A DNA stretch of 64,000 bases from an uncultured Nitrososphaerota archaeon (GTDB lineage Archaea > Thermoproteota > EX4484-205 > JAAOZO01), in assembly GCA_964408285.1 (NCBI GenBank), contig CAYOYV010000005.1, forward strand, positions 49,235 through 113,234, in the 5' to 3' direction. This document shows positions 49,116 through 59,039 of this stretch, piece after piece (the first letter of the stretch is position 1; every line of letters starts with the position of its first letter). A program made the position numbers and the translations under genes. The notes under the pieces were generated by a model that saw nothing but the letters and a program-made list of their open reading frames with translations, searched no databases and was not told the origin of the DNA.

Positions 49116-50762
49116 CTAGAAAACCTCCAGAGCTTCCTCAGATGCGAACGAGCTGAGAATCTCAGCCGTAATGACAACCACAACTATCAAACCTGTCAAG
49201 GCAGAGGCAAGATCTAGTCTTCTGAGGTCGATCAGGGCAGCCACAGAAACCGGGAGAGGCATGAGGCTTAAGGTGCTGAAGAAATCGGAGAATGTGAACT
49301 CGCTGATTGACGATGAGAATGCAAGCAGAAAGGATGCAACCATCGCAGGAGCCATAAGTGGTATCTCCAACCGAATGAGTCTGAAGATCCTGCTTGCGCC
49401 AGATGTCTCGGCAGCCTGTCTGACCTCCGGTCCTATCTTCAGCCATGACGCCTCAATCACCCTTGATATGAGCGGGACGATTATTGCGACATGCCCGAGC
49501 ACGATCAGCACCCAACTTCCATAGAGCCTAAGCAAACCGAATCCATAGGAGAGCATCATCCCGAGGGCCAAAGAGGCCCTGGAAATCGAAATGGGTATGG
49601 ATAGAAGCAGGCTGTTGAGCCTTCTGATGCTCTCCATTTCTCCGCTCATCCAGATGACAAGCGTCGAGATTGCAAGGGATAGAAAAGAAGCCAGAACAGC
49701 TATTGATAGACTCTGGAGGAAAGCATCGACGAATCTGATTCCGAAACCGAATTCAACACTCATGAGTTGGATGTAGTTATCCAAGGATAGGGAAGTCGGC
49801 ACCAATATGAATGGACCTGTAGACACTGCCTGCGCGAGAATCAGATAGATCGGCAGCAGTTCGACGAGCATCAATAGCGTTGAATAGGCTAGCAGAATTC
49901 TGCCGGCCATTCCTGAAAACAGTGGCCTCGACATCCTTCCCACACGTGGGACTGTCTTTCCCCTAAAGTAGAGCTTCTCCCTAAAGACTATTATGACAAT
50001 AGAGAGAACCATGGTCAGGCATAGCTGGAAAAGGGCGATGGATGCGGATATCGGTCTCGTTCGAGTTGAGTATATCTCGACCTCAAGGGTCGAGAACCTT
50101 CCTCCGATCAGCACAGGCGTGGAATATGAGATGAATGAGAAGGCAAAGATCAGTAGACCTGCAGCCGCAACCGAAGGGAGAAGTTGATTGGCATAAGTTG
50201 CTCTGAAAGCCAGCATCCATCCAGCTCCGGCTACGTTGGCGGCATCTAAGAGTTCTTGATCGACTCTTGAGAATCCTTCTTCCAATATTATGACAGCCAA
50301 CGGCATATAATAGAACACATGAGCAATGACGACCGCCGTCATTGAGTATAGTACGTCAATTATCGGAGCTTGGGCCCCGAGAATAACGTAACCGATCTGA
50401 TTGACCAAACCTCTTTGGCCCAAAAGCATTATCATTCCTTCCGTGACAGCAAATGCAGGTGCAAAGAAAGGAGTCAACATTAGATTTCTCATCAGACCTG
50501 AACCTCTAAAGGAGTATTTTGCGAAGAAATAGGAAATTGGCAGCGCCAGAAGTATTGATGGTATGGTAGATGCCGCGGCTTGGATCGCGGTATTCTGGGT
50601 TAATCTGATTATATACGGATCGGAGAGCAAGGAAGCCAATTGCTGGAGATCTGTCTGGTAGACGATGTAGGCTATCGGAATTAGATAGAAGAAGACCAGG
50701 AAGAAACCAAAGGGAGCGAGAAAGACCAGGCTTTCTAGGCTCCTTTGATTTCTCTTCTCCAT
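49116..50762 (-). CDS. thiP: Thiamine ABC transporter permease
   Basis: Duplicated permease with two EAA-like loops (DAANVAGA, QAAETSGA). Confidence 0.82.
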   Translation of the reverse strand: MEKRNQRSLESLVFLAPFGFFLVFFYLIPIAYIVYQTDLQQLASLLSDPYIIRLTQNTAIQAAASTIPSILLALPISYFFAKYSFRGSGLMRNLMLTPFFAPAFAVTEGMIMLLGQRGLVNQIGYVILGAQAPIIDVLYSMTAVVIAHVFYYMPLAVIILEEGFSRVDQELLDAANVAGAGWMLAFRATYANQLLPSVAAAGLLIFAFSFISYSTPVLIGGRFSTLEVEIYSTRTRPISASIALFQLCLTMVLSIVIIVFREKLYFRGKTVPRVGRMSRPLFSGMAGRILLAYSTLLMLVELLPIYLILAQAVSTGPFILVPTSLSLDNYIQLMSVEFGFGIRFVDAFLQSLSIAVLASFLSLAISTLVIWMSGEMESIRRLNSLLLSIPISISRASLALGMMLSYGFGLLRLYGSWVLIVLGHVAIIVPLISRVIEASWLKIGPEVRQAAETSGASRIFRLIRLEIPLMAPAMVASFLLAFSSSISEFTFSDFFSTLSLMPLPVSVAALIDLRRLDLASALTGLIVVVVITAEILSSFASEEALEVF

Positions 50763-51754
50763 CTATCCAACCACTCCACCACATTCCCAGCTATATCAGA
50801 CTTGAATGTTATCTTCGACTGCGGAATAGGAGCATTTGCCAGTGCTGAGTACGAGGCCCTCGGATTGACGGGATACATATAACCAGCAGGAGAGACGATG
50901 TTCTGTCCTTCAGTGCTTAGAACGAATTCTATGAATTTCTTCGCTATCTCAGGATGCGCAGCCCCTTTGACGAGCCCAATCCCCTCCCTGTATACGAAGC
51001 CCTCTATGGCGGCTGATTTCAATTTGGGCGTCTCAGAATATTCGACATCTGTGTTGAACATGCTCCCTATCGCAACTTCTCCGAGCTTCAGTGCAACGAT
51101 CGACGATGTCCATCCTGAAGGATGAATCTTCACGTTTGACTCTAACGATTTCAAGAATGAGAAACCGCCCTCAGTGCCCTTGACTGATAAAACCCATACT
51201 AGGAATGACAACCCGGTGCCGCTTGAACTTGGATCCTGATAGAAAACCAGTCCCTTGTATTCCGGGCGGAGAAGATCATCCAAGGCCTTGGGTATGGGCA
51301 ATCCCTTTGCCTTGATCACTGTTTCATTATACGTTATCAACACATACCCTTTATCCACAGGGTGAAGGCGATTTGTCGAATCCCATCTCTCGGTTTCCGG
51401 AACCATGCTGAGATTGCCAGGAGTGAAGATTTGCAGGACGTCCGCGTCCAACACCTGCTTTGAGTAGAACTCCGGAAGCCCAAGGATGACATCGGCCTGA
51501 GGCTTGCTCTTCTCCGAAATGAGTTTGTTCGCAATCTCTATTGAACCCATCTCAAAGTGAGCAAAAGTAACATTCACACTGAATCTTTTTCGGAATTCGT
51601 TTATCAATGCCGTTGCCATGCTTCTGATGCCACGAGGGCCATACACCACTAGTCTGTCTTCCAGCTTTGGCTGCATCAATAGGAAAAGAAGAGAACCGAG
51701 AATTGCGATTGCGATGGCACCAGCCATAATCTTCCACTTGCTTCCCACTTCCAT
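50735..51754 (-). CDS. thiB: Thiamine ABC transporter substrate-binding protein
   Basis: EKSKPQADVILG, QDPSSSGTG..FL, GW; N-terminal anchor; AGGTGAGG SD before ATG 51754. Confidence 0.85.
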   Translation of the reverse strand: MEVGSKWKIMAGAIAIAILGSLLFLLMQPKLEDRLVVYGPRGIRSMATALINEFRKRFSVNVTFAHFEMGSIEIANKLISEKSKPQADVILGLPEFYSKQVLDADVLQIFTPGNLSMVPETERWDSTNRLHPVDKGYVLITYNETVIKAKGLPIPKALDDLLRPEYKGLVFYQDPSSSGTGLSFLVWVLSVKGTEGGFSFLKSLESNVKIHPSGWTSSIVALKLGEVAIGSMFNTDVEYSETPKLKSAAIEGFVYREGIGLVKGAAHPEIAKKFIEFVLSTEGQNIVSPAGYMYPVNPRASYSALANAPIPQSKITFKSDIAGNVVEWLDRWRREIKGA

Positions 51755-51815
51755 CTGCCTCACCTTTTCTTGACTCAGGTAAAGGATGCCGTATCGGATG
51801 AGGACGCTTTTTCGA

Positions 51816-51903
51816 GCATCCCTACGCCGGCATTATCCGGATCAGGTTCTGAGGGTTGACGCGCATGACCGCGTCATCTCAGCCAAATATCGGCACCCCT
51901 TGC
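51816..51903 (-). ncRNA. TPP (THI) riboswitch aptamer
   Basis: Minus strand reads GCAAGGGGTGCC..GGCTGAGAT..ACCCTCAGAACCTGATCCGGATAATGCCGGCGTAGGGATGC, the canonical TPP consensus, upstream of thiBPQ. Confidence 0.93.
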
Positions 51904-51927
51904 CTGTCCCCTGGGTTCCTTCTCTCC

Positions 51928-51935
51928 GATATAAG
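51928..51935 (-). promoter_or_regulatory. Probable TATA box of the riboswitch-thiBPQ transcript
   Basis: CTTATATC about 25 nt upstream of the aptamer 5' end. Confidence 0.5.
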
Positions 51936-52102
51936 CATTGGTTCCGTTTGAGAAGAAGAATGAGCAACCAATTGACTTCCGCGCGCCGACTCATTTGGGG
52001 TGACAGGCCGCCAAGGGACTGAGCTTCGCCACTGGAATTTCAAGATGCCTGAACAGAGCGCGCGATGCGCTGTGGGACCAGATCTTGACAACTGGTTCTG
52101 AG

Positions 52103-53206
52103 CTAGACCTTGACAAGATATTGCATTGCTTTCTCGTAGACTCGGATTGTTTTCAGATACTCACTTCTTGTCACGAATTCGCCATCTGTATGAGAGAGCC
52201 TAGGATTGCCGGGCCCGTAGGAAACTCCGTGAATGCCCGTTCTGGCATGAAGCACATTCAGATCGCTGGTGCCCATTTTCCTTATCAGTTGGACGGGTCT
52301 GCCATCCGTCTGAAGGATGCCTCTTGCCAAGGCCCTAACCACCTTATGATTCGGATCTACTTCGTATGGTTCCACTGAATCGCCTGAGAATGACATCTCT
52401 CCAATTATGTTCTTTCTAGTTGAGCAGAAATCATGGAGTCTGGCTTGCAGTGATGACTTCGCGGCCTCTGTTGATGAGCCAACAGGTATTCTGACATCAA
52501 GACATGAAACACATGACTTAGGCGTCACGTTCAGAGACTGGCCCCCACTCATCCTCGTGAGACACACAGTTACTGATTTCCACGGATTTCCTTTTTTTCC
52601 GATTTTCCGACGGACGGAGGCGATAAATTCATGGGAAAGCTCAATCGGATTCGGATAAACCCAAGGAGCGCTTGTGTGTCCTGATTCCATCGCCTTCAAA
52701 CACAGTCTGGCTCCGATCTTTCCCTTGTATCCTACTGTGATTCTCTTGAGGCCGGTCGGCTCGCCGAAAATCGCATAGTCGGCGTCGATGCCGGAGTCCA
52801 TGAGGCCTTCTATGCCCTTTCCGTCTGTCTCCTCCCTCGTGACGGCTGCCACTATAAGTCTGCCATTTCCTAGTCTATCTCTGATTTCGGAACTGGCCAG
52901 AACAATCGCAGCGAGTGCTGACTTTGCATCAACTGACCCCCGACCAAATATGCGCCCGTCTCTCACCTGAACCGGAATTTCCCCAGCGACTGTGTCCATG
53001 TGTCCACACAACAATATCCCAGTACCTGATGCCCCTATCGTGCCGATCACATTTCCAGCATCGTCTGTGCGTACGCTCCTGTATCCGATTCTATTCATGA
53101 TGCTCGAGAGATAGGACGCCAATCTCTTCTCTCGGCCACTAGGACTGTAGATCTTGAGTAGATTCTGAAGGAACTCTATTTTGAAATGATTGCTCAACTT
53201 GACCAA
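52103..53206 (-). CDS. lysK: [LysW]-lysine/ornithine hydrolase
   Basis: M20 motifs GHMDTV, GRGSVDAK, REE, GEP, GTSDLN, YGPG..SHT; last gene of the LysW operon. Confidence 0.9.
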   Translation of the reverse strand: MVKLSNHFKIEFLQNLLKIYSPSGREKRLASYLSSIMNRIGYRSVRTDDAGNVIGTIGASGTGILLCGHMDTVAGEIPVQVRDGRIFGRGSVDAKSALAAIVLASSEIRDRLGNGRLIVAAVTREETDGKGIEGLMDSGIDADYAIFGEPTGLKRITVGYKGKIGARLCLKAMESGHTSAPWVYPNPIELSHEFIASVRRKIGKKGNPWKSVTVCLTRMSGGQSLNVTPKSCVSCLDVRIPVGSSTEAAKSSLQARLHDFCSTRKNIIGEMSFSGDSVEPYEVDPNHKVVRALARGILQTDGRPVQLIRKMGTSDLNVLHARTGIHGVSYGPGNPRLSHTDGEFVTRSEYLKTIRVYEKAMQYLVKV

Positions 53207-54384
53207 TTGGCTTCCCCAAGTGTTTTGTCGATTATCTCGACTGCATCATCTATCTGCTGCCGATTTATTATAAGGGGGGGCAGCAGCCTCACGACATTTA
53301 GCCCAGAATAAAGTGGCAGGATGCCATTCTTGACAAGATTGTCAAGGAATTTTTGAACATTGAACCGCATCTCAACTCCCACCATTAGCCCCCTTCCCCT
53401 GACTTCTCTGACGTTGTCATGTACGTGCATGAGCTTTCCCAATCTCTCCATTAGGTATCTACCTGACTCCTCAGCCGCACGAGGCAGATCCTCATCATGG
53501 ATTATGTCAAGAACTTGGGACGCTGCTGCGCACGAAAGAGGATTTGCCCCGAAGGTGCTTGAGTGCTCTCCTATCTCTAGCGAATTCATAATCTCCTCTC
53601 TTGCCAGCGTAGCCCCTATCGGGACTCCACCCCCTAGGCCCTTGGCAATGCACATCATATCAGGGATCACTCCTTCATGCTGATGAGCCCACAATCTCCC
53701 GGTTCTTCCGAGGCCTGTCTGAACTTCATCCAACACCATCAAGGCACCATGCTCCTCAGACAATTCCTTGACTTGCCTTAGGTAGCCATTTGGAGGCAGG
53801 TGCACGCCGCTTTCGCCCTGGATCGGCTCAACGAATATCGCTGCCACCTCATCGTTAACAATCTGACGCAGCGAGTCGGCGTTGCCATATCTTGCGAATT
53901 TCACGTCGGGATAGAGCATGTCCTGAAACGCCTTCCTGTACCGGGGATTCCAGGTCAGCGAAAGAGCCCCTAGGGTCTTCCCGTGAAAAGCTCCCATCAT
54001 CGAAACAAATACCTTCCTTTTGGTGTACTTCACCGAGGCCTTTATGGCCGCTTCAATGGATTCAGCCCCGCTGTTTGAAAGGAAAATCGAATCAAGGCCC
54101 TTTGGGGCAATACCCGAGAGCTTCGAGAGTAGCTCTTCCCGGGCATCGTTGAATACAGATGCATGGCACATGATCAACCTGTCAGCCTGATTCTTGATCG
54201 CGTTGATCAATCTGGGATGCGAATGGCCGATTATGGCGACTCCATATGCACTCATGCAATCGATGTAAGCCTGTCCTGCTGAGTCCCACAAGGTCGCACC
54301 CTTGCCCCGAACAATCCTGACTTTGAGCTTCCTGTAGACGTGAGCCAAATGCTTGGCCTCTTGACTTGCCTCGACATCGCTCAT
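53194..54384 (-). CDS. lysJ: [LysW]-aminoadipate semialdehyde transaminase
   Basis: SNSGAES, FHGKT, EPIQGE, DEVQTG, AKGLGGG, STFG. Confidence 0.9.
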   Translation of the reverse strand: MSDVEASQEAKHLAHVYRKLKVRIVRGKGATLWDSAGQAYIDCMSAYGVAIIGHSHPRLINAIKNQADRLIMCHASVFNDAREELLSKLSGIAPKGLDSIFLSNSGAESIEAAIKASVKYTKRKVFVSMMGAFHGKTLGALSLTWNPRYRKAFQDMLYPDVKFARYGNADSLRQIVNDEVAAIFVEPIQGESGVHLPPNGYLRQVKELSEEHGALMVLDEVQTGLGRTGRLWAHQHEGVIPDMMCIAKGLGGGVPIGATLAREEIMNSLEIGEHSSTFGANPLSCAAASQVLDIIHDEDLPRAAEESGRYLMERLGKLMHVHDNVREVRGRGLMVGVEMRFNVQKFLDNLVKNGILPLYSGLNVVRLLPPLIINRQQIDDAVEIIDKTLGEANWSS

Positions 54385-55181
54385 GCCTGGATCACCGTTC
54401 CAACCTCGTGACGAATCGCCCTCAAAATCGGCCTTTGGATGGAGCTTTGGGCGATTATGACCTCCTTCACTCCGTTGCCGATCGCTCTCCTAGCCTCAAT
54501 CACCTTCCTGTTCATTCCATAGCCGATCTTTGCAAATAGGGCATTCAAATCCGCAACTCTGATCTGTCTCACTAAGCTGCCATCTATCTGCAATCCCTCA
54601 ACATTAGTCATGAAGAGCAAGCGATCAGCCCCGACAGCTACTGCAACTGCTGCAGCAGCTGCATCGCTGTCTACATTGAGGGCCTCAGACTCCTGGCCAA
54701 TAGCCAAGGGAGAGATGACGGGCAAATAGCCATTGTTGATGATGTTGTTGATCAATCTAGCATCCACCGAATCGATTTTTCCGGTATACCCCCCCTCGAC
54801 AGCCACTTTTCTTCCCCTCTCATCGATTGCTATCAGCCTCTTCCTTCTGGATCCTCTTATGGTGCAAGCATCTAGACCACTTATTCCGACGCCGCTCAAG
54901 CCTGCGTGATTGAGTGCCGACACGATTCTCTTGTTAATCAGTCCGGCCATGACCATTGTGTATATCCTTATGTCTTCTTCATCCGTGTACCTGCTCCTCA
55001 CGCCCTCGGGTGATGTTATGAACCTCTGCTCTTTCCCAAGCCTTCTTGCCACAAGGGTGACTTCGTCCGCACCGCCATGAACCAAGATGGCTTTCTCTTT
55101 CTCCGTCAGCTCGATCAGGTCTGGGATTATGTTATCCTCGAGGTTAGCCAAGGATTTTCCACCAATCTTGATGACTATCAC
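54381..55181 (-). CDS. lysZ: [LysW]-aminoadipate kinase
   Basis: IKIGG, VHGG, SRYTD, GGYTGKI, LNVDSD, GMNRK. Confidence 0.92.
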   Translation of the reverse strand: MIVIKIGGKSLANLEDNIIPDLIELTEKEKAILVHGGADEVTLVARRLGKEQRFITSPEGVRSRYTDEEDIRIYTMVMAGLINKRIVSALNHAGLSGVGISGLDACTIRGSRRKRLIAIDERGRKVAVEGGYTGKIDSVDARLINNIINNGYLPVISPLAIGQESEALNVDSDAAAAAVAVAVGADRLLFMTNVEGLQIDGSLVRQIRVADLNALFAKIGYGMNRKVIEARRAIGNGVKEVIIAQSSIQRPILRAIRHEVGTVIQA

Positions 55182-55191
55182 AATTTATCAC

Positions 55192-56247
55192 CTAGATCGG
55201 ATGTATTGGAATTGCTTTCAGGCCTGAATCCTCCGGAAAGCCGAGCATGATATTCATATTCTGCATTGCCTGCCCAGCTGCACCCTTGAGCAAATTGTCA
55301 ATGGCCGAGAAGACCACTACTCTCTGAGTCCTTTGGTCGATATAGAATCCGAGGTCGCAATGGTTTGACCCGAGCACGAACTTAGGATCCGGAAACTTCT
55401 CCATACTGGTTCTGTCCATCGCGAATCGCACGAAGGGCTTATTGCCATACATCCCTCTATATGCCCGCCACATATCCTGCAATGTGATCTCTCGCTTGCT
55501 GAAGGCATGGACAGTTGCCAATATCCCTCTCACAACGTTGACTGCATGAGGCGTCATTGACACAGTCACCTCTTCTCCTCCGAGCAGGGAGAGTTCCTGC
55601 TGGATCTCCGGTATATGCCTGTGTGAGACCACATCGTAGGGCCTGATGACATTGCTTCTTTCCGCATGATGGGAGTGAATCGATACGCCGATCCCTGCGC
55701 CGGACGAACCTATCTTCACATCGATTACTATGCGCTCCCTTTCAACTAGATTCGCTTTGATCAGAGGAGCCAGAGCCAAAATGGAGGCAGTAGGCATGCA
55801 ACCCGGATTGGCCACTAACGAAGCTTTCGTGATCTCCTCTCCATGTATCTCTGGTAATCCGTAGATAGATTTCATCAGAAGGTCAGGACAAGGGTGTTCG
55901 CGTCCGTACCATGTGGAGTAGGCCTTAGGATCCTTCAGCCTGAAATCGGCGCTCAGATCGACCACCCTTACTCCTGCTTCCAGCAGCTCAGGCACTATGC
56001 TTGCGGCAGCGCCGTGAGGCACCGCCGTGAACACTAGATCGCATCTATCAGAGATCCTGTCCAGACTCACGTCTTCGAACTTGATGTTGGTGAACCCCCT
56101 TAGGTTTGGGTGAATCTTGAAGATATAATCTCCTTTTCTGCTTCGGGAAGTGACAAGTGAGAGACTGACGTCACTGCGACCCAAGAGGAGGCGAAGTAAC
56201 TCGCCACCTGCATATCCGGATCCACCGATCACGCCGATATTGGTCAT
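55192..56247 (-). CDS. lysY: [LysW]-aminoadipyl-phosphate reductase
   Basis: GGSGYAG, DLSADFRL, ANPGC, GSSGAG, DNLLKGAAGQA. Confidence 0.92.
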   Translation of the reverse strand: MTNIGVIGGSGYAGGELLRLLLGRSDVSLSLVTSRSRKGDYIFKIHPNLRGFTNIKFEDVSLDRISDRCDLVFTAVPHGAAASIVPELLEAGVRVVDLSADFRLKDPKAYSTWYGREHPCPDLLMKSIYGLPEIHGEEITKASLVANPGCMPTASILALAPLIKANLVERERIVIDVKIGSSGAGIGVSIHSHHAERSNVIRPYDVVSHRHIPEIQQELSLLGGEEVTVSMTPHAVNVVRGILATVHAFSKREITLQDMWRAYRGMYGNKPFVRFAMDRTSMEKFPDPKFVLGSNHCDLGFYIDQRTQRVVVFSAIDNLLKGAAGQAMQNMNIMLGFPEDSGLKAIPIHPI

Positions 56248-57269
56248 CAGAGTCTCTCATCAAGCTCCCTTTCGATTTCCCTCATGAATTCGCTGAGACT
56301 CGCAGTCCCCCCGAGCTCCTTTGTCAACAAGGGCCTGTTGAGGATGCATATTGTGGATTTCTCGACTTCACTGGCAATCCTGAGTAGGAAGGAGTCTGAT
56401 TTGCTTTCTCCCAGCCATTGTAGCATATAGACCGCGGATAGGATCATCCCGGTCGGATTCGCAACATCCTTATTCGCTAAGTCCCATGCTGTCCCGTGTG
56501 CTGGTTCAAAGACTGCATAGTGATCTCCGATATTCGCTGATCCGCAGAGGCCGAGGCTCCCAACGATTCCTGCTATCAAATCAGAGAGAATATCACCGTA
56601 GGAGTTCGGCGTGACGATTGTGTCAAACCTCTCCGGATCCCTTACGAGTTGATATGCCGCTGCATCAACCAAGATCTCACTTGCCTCTAAGTCCGGGTAG
56701 TTCGAAGCAATGCTGAAGAAGGCGTTTCTGAAGAGCCCGTCTGTCTCCTTCAATATGGTTGCTTTGTGAACCACAGTTATCGTTTTCCTATGATTCTTTC
56801 TCGCGTGGTTGAAGGCATATTCAGCAATCCTCTCAGATGCTTTCCTCGTTATGATGCGGAGTCCAACTGACGCTGAGTCTGAACCCCATTCGATTCCAGA
56901 ATAGGCTTCCTCAGTGTTCTCCCGGAACATTAAGATGTCAACCAAGGGGTGCTTCGATGTCACAAGGCTTCTGAAAGGCCTGAAATTGACATAGAGATCA
57001 AATGACTTCCTTATCTGTACATTTATGCTCTGGAAGGAGTCAGGACCGGAGGGCGTGGCCACTGGCCCTTTTAACATGGCATCTGATTCCTTAATGAGTT
57101 CGAATGCATTGCCGCTAAGTGGGCTTCCCGTTCTTCTCTGGAACTCCAAACCTCCTTCTATGGTAACATATTCTGGATCAAAGCCGACGGACCTCAGTAA
57201 GGAAGTGGTCGCAGTCACCAATTCCGGTCCGACTCCGTCTCCATACATGAGCGCTATCTTGTATTCCAT
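56247..57269 (-). CDS. Homoisocitrate (isocitrate/isopropylmalate family) dehydrogenase
   Basis: GDGVGPE, RENTE, VHKATIL, YGDILSD, FEPAHG, ANP; lys operon context. Confidence 0.85.
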   Translation of the reverse strand: MEYKIALMYGDGVGPELVTATTSLLRSVGFDPEYVTIEGGLEFQRRTGSPLSGNAFELIKESDAMLKGPVATPSGPDSFQSINVQIRKSFDLYVNFRPFRSLVTSKHPLVDILMFRENTEEAYSGIEWGSDSASVGLRIITRKASERIAEYAFNHARKNHRKTITVVHKATILKETDGLFRNAFFSIASNYPDLEASEILVDAAAYQLVRDPERFDTIVTPNSYGDILSDLIAGIVGSLGLCGSANIGDHYAVFEPAHGTAWDLANKDVANPTGMILSAVYMLQWLGESKSDSFLLRIASEVEKSTICILNRPLLTKELGGTASLSEFMREIERELDERL

Positions 57270-57763
57270 GGGAACTCACCATACTCCTTGATGTATTCAA
57301 CAATCCCCCCCTTCTGCAGGATCTTCGAGATGAAGTGCGGAAATGGCTTGAATGTCCATTCAAGCCTTCTTGAGTGGTTCAGTATCAACGAGTTCTCCAT
57401 ATCGACTTCGAGGTCATCTCCCTCATGGGTCTCATCTACAAAATCGCTAGAGGCAGAGATCGGCGGCAGGCCTATGTTAATCGCATTTCTATAGAATATT
57501 CTGGCAAAGGATGTCGCCACAACTGCTTGGACCCCCTTCATCCTAAGAAGCCGGGGAGCGTGCTCTCTGCTCGAGCCACAACCAAAATTCCTTCCTGCAA
57601 CCAGAATCGTTCCCTCGACCATTCTCTTTGACAGACTCGGATCTAGATCCTCGAAGAGGTGATCTGAGAGCTCCCGGAGATCTTGACCCTTGAACTTGAA
57701 CTTCCCAGATATGATAAGATCGGTGTTTATTTGATCTCCGAGTTTGACGACTCTCCCCCTCAT
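57254..57763 (-). CDS. Homoaconitase small subunit (LeuD family)
   Basis: INTDLII, NFGCGSSREHA, SFARIFYRNAINIGL. Confidence 0.87.
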   Translation of the reverse strand: MRGRVVKLGDQINTDLIISGKFKFKGQDLRELSDHLFEDLDPSLSKRMVEGTILVAGRNFGCGSSREHAPRLLRMKGVQAVVATSFARIFYRNAINIGLPPISASSDFVDETHEGDDLEVDMENSLILNHSRRLEWTFKPFPHFISKILQKGGIVEYIKEYGEFPWNTR

Positions 57764-57773
57764 ACCGCAGCCA

Positions 57774-59027
57774 TCACCTCAGGAAGTCCCTTGGATCTGC
57801 AATCTTCCCCTCTATGGCGCTTGCTGCCGCGGTAGCTGGGCTTGCCAAATATATCCTCGAGTCTTTGTCCCCCATTCTTCCAGAGAAGTTCCTGTTGCTT
57901 GTCGATACTGCGACCTCACCTTTTCCAAGCAGACCCATATGCGCACCTACGCACGGACCACAGGTCGGTGGGGCTATTACGCATCCTGAGTTCAGCAAGC
58001 TCTCGATTATGCCATTCTTCAACGCATTCGTATATATGTCCTTGGAGGCCGGGATGACTATCGTTCTCGCCTTTGTTCTCCTTCCGCGGAGGATTTTGGA
58101 GGCCATCTCTAGATCCTCCATCCTGCCATTTGTGCAGCTTCCGATGAGAACTTGGTCGACCTCGACCCCTTCCACCTCTGAAACCGACTTGACATTGTCT
58201 ACGTCCGGAGGAACCGCTAGCACGGGTTCAATGGTTGAAGCATTGAACGTGAGATGGTCAGAATATTGGGCATCTTCATCCGGCATAACCTGCTCAAAAC
58301 CATCGCCTATTCTACTCCTAAGCCAGGCTACTGTGTTGTCGTTTAGCGTCATGATCGAAGCCTTGGCTCCCATTTCCGTGCCCATGTTTGTCACTGTCAT
58401 TCTTGAGTCAACTGACATCTTGTCAATAGGCTCACCGCTATATTCGACAGCCTTGTACGTCATGCCATCCGCTTTGACGCAGCCTATTATGGACAGAATC
58501 AGATCCTTTGACATAACTCCGCTCCTTAGGGATCCTTCGATCTCTATGCTGACAGTTTCCGGGACCATCAGCCATATCTTGCCATCAAGGAGGGCAATGG
58601 CAGCATCCAAGCTTCCCACTCCGATCGCAAACGCATTGAATGCTCCGTGGGTTACGCTATGGGAGTCCGCACCGACTATTACTGTCCCAGGCCTGACATA
58701 TCCTTCAGAAGGGATCAGCTGGTGACAGATGCCAGAACCGACATCGAATAGCCTGAAGCCTTTCTCTTTTGCGTTTCTTCGCATCTCGCTGTGTATGTCC
58801 GACATCGCGGGGGTTGCACTGGGCGCAGAATGGTCAATGCACATCACGAATCTTGAGGGATCAACTGGTCTGTTGAGGCCAAGCTCTTTCATGGCCTGGA
58901 ATATCAAATGCGAAGTGCCGTCATGGGCAAAGACCAGACTTACGTCGGCCACCACGAACTCGCCAGCCTCGACGTCCGTCCTGTGTGCTGCCTTAGCTAA
59001 GATCTTCTGGGCGATGGTACCCCTCAT
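57774..59027 (-). CDS. Homoaconitase large subunit (LeuC family)
   Basis: HD, DH, GICH, DSHS, GSCTNGR, CGPC, SNRNF.GRMG. Confidence 0.87.
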   Translation of the reverse strand: MRGTIAQKILAKAAHRTDVEAGEFVVADVSLVFAHDGTSHLIFQAMKELGLNRPVDPSRFVMCIDHSAPSATPAMSDIHSEMRRNAKEKGFRLFDVGSGICHQLIPSEGYVRPGTVIVGADSHSVTHGAFNAFAIGVGSLDAAIALLDGKIWLMVPETVSIEIEGSLRSGVMSKDLILSIIGCVKADGMTYKAVEYSGEPIDKMSVDSRMTVTNMGTEMGAKASIMTLNDNTVAWLRSRIGDGFEQVMPDEDAQYSDHLTFNASTIEPVLAVPPDVDNVKSVSEVEGVEVDQVLIGSCTNGRMEDLEMASKILRGRRTKARTIVIPASKDIYTNALKNGIIESLLNSGCVIAPPTCGPCVGAHMGLLGKGEVAVSTSNRNFSGRMGDKDSRIYLASPATAAASAIEGKIADPRDFLR

Positions 59028-59039
59028 GATGTTGTTCCG

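Noticed and set aside
57814-58725. 303-aa antisense ORF, and many similar shadow ORFs
   Set aside because: It mirrors the frame of homoaconitase on the opposite strand and has no motifs.
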